Source: a bacterium
Lineage (GTDB): Bacteria > SAR324 > NAC60-12
Length of the DNA: 64,000 bases
Assembly (NCBI GenBank): GCA_965209155.1
Contig: OZ242383.1
Location: 4,160,001 to 4,224,000 of the forward strand
Direction of reading: 5' to 3'
The first letter of the stretch is position 1, and the number at the start of each line of letters is the position of its first letter. Made by a program: the position numbers and the translations under genes. Of this stretch, positions 59,684-64,000 are shown piece by piece. The notes under the pieces are model-generated. The model saw only the letters and a list, made by a program, of their open reading frames with translations, had not been told where the DNA came from and did no database searches.

Positions 59684-59947
59684 TCATGCCTTTCCTTTCA
59701 TTGAAGACTGGGTGCCAAACTCATCTGGTTTTGATCTGGTTGCCAGGTTATTGATGAGGCCAGCCAACCTGATTTCAATGTTGGCGAAGCTTTTGTTTGA
59801 GGTTTTGTCACCTGGTCCCATATTGTCAAACTTGTCACCCAATCGTCGGAATCCCTGATCCGAGTTGGCTGTCCCACCGACCGAGTGTTTCCCTTTGAAG
59901 ATGGCATACGTGGTTCATGCGCGTGTATCTTCTTCCTGGAATTTCAT
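59684..59947 (-). pseudogene. Small gene (88 codons, internal TGA at codon 11) whose 3' end recurs next to each sRNA copy
   Basis: C-terminus NKSFANIEIRLAGLINNLATRSKPDEFGTQSSMKGKA* aligns with the minus-strand frames ending at 57291 and 55765. Confidence 0.5.
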
Positions 59948-59984
59948 TTTTACGTGGCAATCTGTTTCTCGATGGCGCTGTGAT

Positions 59985-60187
59985 AAAAAGGTTGCATTCG
60001 ACGTCCGTATGGGGACGCCGGGTTATAGCAACGCAACCTAATCTAGGAGGAAGGCCCGACTATTTGTCCAGAATGGAGTGGCCAAACTCCAATCAGATTA
60101 GGGACTATTCTATTCATCGGGTAACCCGACAAATAAATTAAGTCGCGTTGCTGTTCACACTATGAATGAATGATTTAGAGATGTCAA
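59985..60187 (-). promoter_or_regulatory. Promoter plus highly structured attenuator-like leader RNA
   Basis: TTGACA(60187-60182)-N17-CATAGT; 19-bp stem 60152-60134/60045-60027 with 3 G-U pairs; competing stem followed by a U run at 59985-59989. Confidence 0.6.
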
Positions 60188-60390
60188 TATACTTTTCCAA
60201 AAAAATATAATCTTTATTTTACGAAAAGACGCTCGACTCCGGTGAGCATTACTGAGTGGAAGGCAATTGCCTGGAAATATCAATGTCCCGGGGCCTATGG
60301 ACTCCGCAGACGGTCGTTTACATATTATCCATTACATTCCCTATGATTTGATCCTGGTACGCTTTGGTGTGAGTCCGTAGATCCTCTCTA

Positions 60391-60848
60391 TGTCATTCCT
60401 GTGCAAGTGGGAATCCAGGGAATCGAAATGACCCCTGGATTCCGGGTCTTCGCAAGGAATGACACATTCTTGGATTCGGGGTCTTCGCCTGGAATGACAT
60501 CCTCCTGGATTAGCGGTATTCGTTTGGAAAGACACGTTCATGGATTCCTGGTCTGTGCAAGGAATGACACATTCTTGGATTACTGGTCTGTGCCAGGAAT
60601 GACACATTCTTGGATTACTGGTCTTCGCCAGGAATGACACATTCTTGGTGTGGTGTTTTTCGCTTGGAATGACACGTTCCTGGATTACTGGTCTTCGCCA
60701 GGATTGACATCCTCCTGGATTAGTGGTATTCGCCAGGAATAACACATTCTTGGATTAGTGGTATTCGTTTGTAATGACATGTTCCTGGATTTCTGGTCTT
60801 CGCAAGGAATGACACGTTCCTGGATTCCTGATCTGTGCAAGGAATGAC
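60391..60848. repeat. REP-like array: one inverted unit plus 12 tandem 35-bp units
   Basis: Consensus TGGATTmCTGGTCTTCGCmAGGAATGACACATTCT; GGAAT recurs every 35 bp from 60456 to 60841. Confidence 0.92.
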
Positions 60849-60879
60849 AACGCTGCGAATAGCCGGAAGGGTTTCTGCC

Positions 60880-62106
60880 TCAGCGGACGAATTTGCGGAC
60901 GAGATTGAGGGGTTGCGCGTTGCCGGCGGTTGGAAGCACCACCAGGCTGCTCGCCTGGCAGTTGGGAATCGGTTGGTGGCGGATATTCTTCAAGTCACCC
61001 GCGGGCAAAGGGATGGTGCTTCCATCAAAGGAAAGAATTTCAAGAAAGTCCTGGTAGCAGAACGGATTTTGCGCGAGCAGGGTCATGTAACGAGATTTTA
61101 CTTCAACCAGGGTTCCCGCCATTTCATAGCGTGCATTGTTTATTCCCAGCCCTTCATTGTCGTTATAAATACTGTCCGCACCTGCAGGCTGCGTCAAGGA
61201 GCCTTGCGTATACGGGCGGTGAGGGACTTTTTCCAGTTCCGCGGACAGGGGGGGCAGGTCGACCTCCATTTCCCCTGGTCGTTCCCGGTACTTTCTCAAT
61301 GCGGCGGCATAGGTCCGGACGGTCGTGGCCACGTAGAGATTGCTTTTCATGCGTCCTTCAATTTTGAGACTGCAAACCCCCGCCTTCACGAATCGAGGGA
61401 GGAGTGCCAGACCCTGTAAATCTTTGGAACTCATGAAAGTCGTTTTCTCGAATGAAGGGTCCCGTCCGCGCTCTTGATCTTTTTTATTCTCCCGGATGGA
61501 ATAAGAAAAGCGGCAGCTTTGCGCGCAACCTCCTCGATTGCTGTCCCGGCCCAGGGTGTAATTGGAAATGGTGCAGTTGCCGGAATAGGCCATGCACATC
61601 GAGCCGTGGATGAACATTTCCACTTCGATGCCGGCTCGTTCCCGGATGACCCGCGCCTGGTCGATGGAAAGTTCACGTCCCAGAACAATACGCTTCACTC
61701 CCAGGTTTTTCCATAGCACGGCCGCCTGGGAGTTCAAACAGGAAGCCTGGGTGGAGAGGTGGATGGCGAGGTTGGAATGGCGTTGCGCCACCGAAAGCAT
61801 TCCCGCATCCGAAACGATCACGGCGTCGACACCGCAAGATTCCAGAAATTTGACGTAATCCGGGAGATCGAGCAACTCTTCATCGTGGGGGAAGGAATTC
61901 AAAGTAACGTAAACTTTCACGCCTCGTTGTTGGGCAAACGCGACTCCTTCCTCCATGTCCTCGTCCGAAAAATTATCCGTCCCGGCACGCAAGCCGAAGC
62001 AAGGCCCGGCCAGGTAGACCGCATCCGCTCCGTACAATACGGCAATTTTCAATTTTTCCAGGTTGCCGGCCGGTGCCAGCAATTCGGGGATTGCCTGGGG
62101 CTTCAT
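60880..62106 (-). CDS. U32 family peptidase-like protein (tRNA hydroxylation, TrhP/PrtC-like)
   Basis: PELLAPAG, GADAVY, HLSTQ, HGSMCMAYSGNC, NRGGCAQSCR, LKIEGR. Confidence 0.92.
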   Translation of the reverse strand: MKPQAIPELLAPAGNLEKLKIAVLYGADAVYLAGPCFGLRAGTDNFSDEDMEEGVAFAQQRGVKVYVTLNSFPHDEELLDLPDYVKFLESCGVDAVIVSDAGMLSVAQRHSNLAIHLSTQASCLNSQAAVLWKNLGVKRIVLGRELSIDQARVIRERAGIEVEMFIHGSMCMAYSGNCTISNYTLGRDSNRGGCAQSCRFSYSIRENKKDQERGRDPSFEKTTFMSSKDLQGLALLPRFVKAGVCSLKIEGRMKSNLYVATTVRTYAAALRKYRERPGEMEVDLPPLSAELEKVPHRPYTQGSLTQPAGADSIYNDNEGLGINNARYEMAGTLVEVKSRYMTLLAQNPFCYQDFLEILSFDGSTIPLPAGDLKNIRHQPIPNCQASSLVVLPTAGNAQPLNLVRKFVR

Positions 62107-62288
62107 TCCAAGTCTCGATTGTCGGCGTAATTTAACCTGGGTTCGATGTTACTCTTCGAATCCGAGTGTCCTTTTGAGTATGTCATTCTCTCCCAATCGG
62201 GAAAGCAGATTTTGGTTGCGCTGAATCTCCCTGGATTCCTGGTCAAGCCAGGAATGACACGGAATAAGAAAACAAACCGGCCCACGGC

Positions 62289-63296
62289 CTACTCGAACGA
62301 TTCCTGCGCAGACAGCAATTGGTGGAGTCGTGTTCGCAAATCCCCTTGGAAGCGAGGTCCGAGTTGGCTGATGACCAAGGCCGCCATGGCCGCCGCAATT
62401 CTTCCGCTTTCCAGGATGTTCTTGTTTTGCGTGATTCCATATAAAAACCCGGCGGCAAAGGCGTCTCCCGCTCCCGTGCTGTCCACCACCGGCAAAGAAA
62501 AGGGGTCGACATAGGTGATCCGACCCCGGTGAGCAATCAAGGCGCCCCGGGAACCCATCGTCATGGCCACCGTTTCGACGTGTTCATTCAAGCGTTGCAA
62601 CGCATCCTGTGAAATCGCGCTCCCCGTCAAACCAAAGGCCTCTTCCTGGTTGCAAAACAACAACTCCACGCAGTCCCGGCACAGTTTATTGAATTCGACC
62701 GCATTACGTTCCACGCAAAAAGGGTCGGAGAGGCTGAGGGAAATCTTCACGCCATATTCCCTGGCTTGGTCGATGGTACGGAGGATTGCTTCTTTTTGCG
62801 CGTCCGTGTCCCAGAGATAGCCTTCGATGTACAGGATTTGAACCGCCTTCAGCAAATCCCGGGAAATATCGCGGAACTGAAAATTTTGCGAAATCCCCAA
62901 GTGCGTGTTCATGGTTCGCGAAGCATCATCCGTTACCAGGATGAGACTGCTCCCCGTCGCTCCTTCGCTTTCTCCCAAGGAGGGAACCACCTCCGCTTTG
63001 ACCAGCCTGGTCTTGTAAATCGTTCCGTATTCATCCCTGGCGATTTTCCCGCCAAAAACCGTGGCTCCTCCGAGTTGCGCCATTCCGATCATGCTGTTGG
63101 CGCAAGAACCACCGGGCGTGTACAAGACTTCCAGGTCGTTTTTCTTCAATTCTGAAAGGATCTTTTGCTGTCTTTCCAAATCGACCAGGTACATGCGGTT
63201 TTTCTCCAACCCCTGCGCATCCAGAAATTGATCGGGAACGTGAGCGAGCAAGTCGACCAGGGGATTGCCTATACCAAATACGTCGAATGTTTTCAT
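62289..63296 (-). CDS. PfkB family sugar/adenosine kinase
   Basis: Start MKTFDVFGIGNPLVD; GGSCAN, EGYLWD, DSTGAGDAFAAG. Confidence 0.92.
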   Translation of the reverse strand: MKTFDVFGIGNPLVDLLAHVPDQFLDAQGLEKNRMYLVDLERQQKILSELKKNDLEVLYTPGGSCANSMIGMAQLGGATVFGGKIARDEYGTIYKTRLVKAEVVPSLGESEGATGSSLILVTDDASRTMNTHLGISQNFQFRDISRDLLKAVQILYIEGYLWDTDAQKEAILRTIDQAREYGVKISLSLSDPFCVERNAVEFNKLCRDCVELLFCNQEEAFGLTGSAISQDALQRLNEHVETVAMTMGSRGALIAHRGRITYVDPFSLPVVDSTGAGDAFAAGFLYGITQNKNILESGRIAAAMAALVISQLGPRFQGDLRTRLHQLLSAQESFE

Positions 63297-63404
63297 GGAT
63301 GGTTGAACCGGTATGTCTCGGGAATGGGATAGCGCATTACGGCAAGAGCCGGGAAGAACGGTACCCACCGATGCGCCGGGTTACCCTGCCGTCCCCGCGA
63401 GCGC

Positions 63405-64000
63405 TCAACCCGCCCTGGCCCGTCTGCCTGTGGATTTGTGCATGACCAGTTTGGGGGATGCTTTTTGAGAAATGGTCGATTCCGTCACCACGCATTCCTT
63501 GATATCCGGGTTCGATGGGATGTCATACATGATGTCGAGCATGATGTTTTCCAGGATGGAACGAAGTCCCCGGGCTCCTGTTTTTCGCTTGATGGCTTCC
63601 CGGGCGATCGCCTGGATCGCGTTTCGAGTGAAGGTCAACTCCGCATCCTCCAATTCAAAAAGTTTCTGGTACTGTTTCAAAATGGCATTTTTGGGCTCTT
63701 GAAGGATTTGAACCAGGTGGTGCTCTCCCAAGTCTTCCAGGGTGGTAATGACCGGCAAGCGTCCGATGAATTCGGGAATCAGTCCATATTTCAGCAAATC
63801 TTCGGGTTCCAGATGCTCGAAGGTTTCATAGTTGGATTGTCCTTTCGTGTTGGGAATCGACGCGCCGAAGCCGATGGAATGGTCTCCGATCCGTTTGTTG
63901 ATAATCGTGTCCAAACCAATAAAGGCCCCTCCACAGATGAAAAGGATATTGGTGGTGTCCACTTGCAGGTATTCTTGTTGGGGGTGTTTGCGCCCTCCCT
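63405..64000 (-). CDS. clpX: ATP-dependent Clp protease ATP-binding subunit (C-terminal part)
   Basis: [21 protein letters not shown] loop, [20 protein letters not shown]. Confidence 0.96.
   Translation of the reverse strand, partial: GGRKHPQQEYLQVDTTNILFICGGAFIGLDTIINKRIGDHSIGFGASIPNTKGQSNYETFEHLEPEDLLKYGLIPEFIGRLPVITTLEDLGEHHLVQILQEPKNAILKQYQKLFELEDAELTFTRNAIQAIAREAIKRKTGARGLRSILENIMLDIMYDIPSNPDIKECVVTESTISQKASPKLVMHKSTGRRARAG

Noticed and set aside
60436..60848. CRISPR array
   Set aside because: The period is 35 bp in total with no unique spacers, the units match dispersed REP-like palindromes, and no cas genes are present.

Overview
Bacterial chromosomal window, tentatively from a delta-proteobacterial/SAR324-like and possibly host-associated organism (inferred from gene style only). 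The housekeeping backbone includes gltA, gltX, waaA, bactofilin, a macro-domain protein, tRNA-Thr, yicC, a cytidylate kinase-like gene, tRNA-Pro, hrpA, an NtrB-like kinase, an NFACT protein, a U32 peptidase, a PfkB kinase and clpX. It is interleaved with four family-5 (Dpp/Opp-type) ABC transporter loci and small catabolic oxidoreductases. From about 41.4 to 60.9 kb lies an accessory, decaying region. It holds a three-gene operon with two DUF2791/BrxD-like ATPases, IS21/IS5/Y1-transposase remnants, a broken methyltransferase-NgoMIV pair, and an AT-rich co-oriented array of small orphan, lipoprotein and paralogous genes punctuated by repeats. Most notable signals: (1) a 567-bp non-autonomous element in three copies, with IS200/IS605-type hairpin ends carrying a four-helix-bundle gene in the loop of a long stem; (2) a promoter-equipped ~105-nt structured RNA candidate repeated three times in the array, plus an attenuator-like leader at the array head; (3) an IS1595 zinc-ribbon/HTH domain fused in frame to a Ser/Thr kinase, missed by the ORF track; (4) the stand-alone two-ATPase defence-like operon bounded by ~215-bp inverted repeats; (5) a dispersed promoter-bearing repeat sitting upstream of apparently acquired genes. 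All family assignments come from motif recognition, not database searches.
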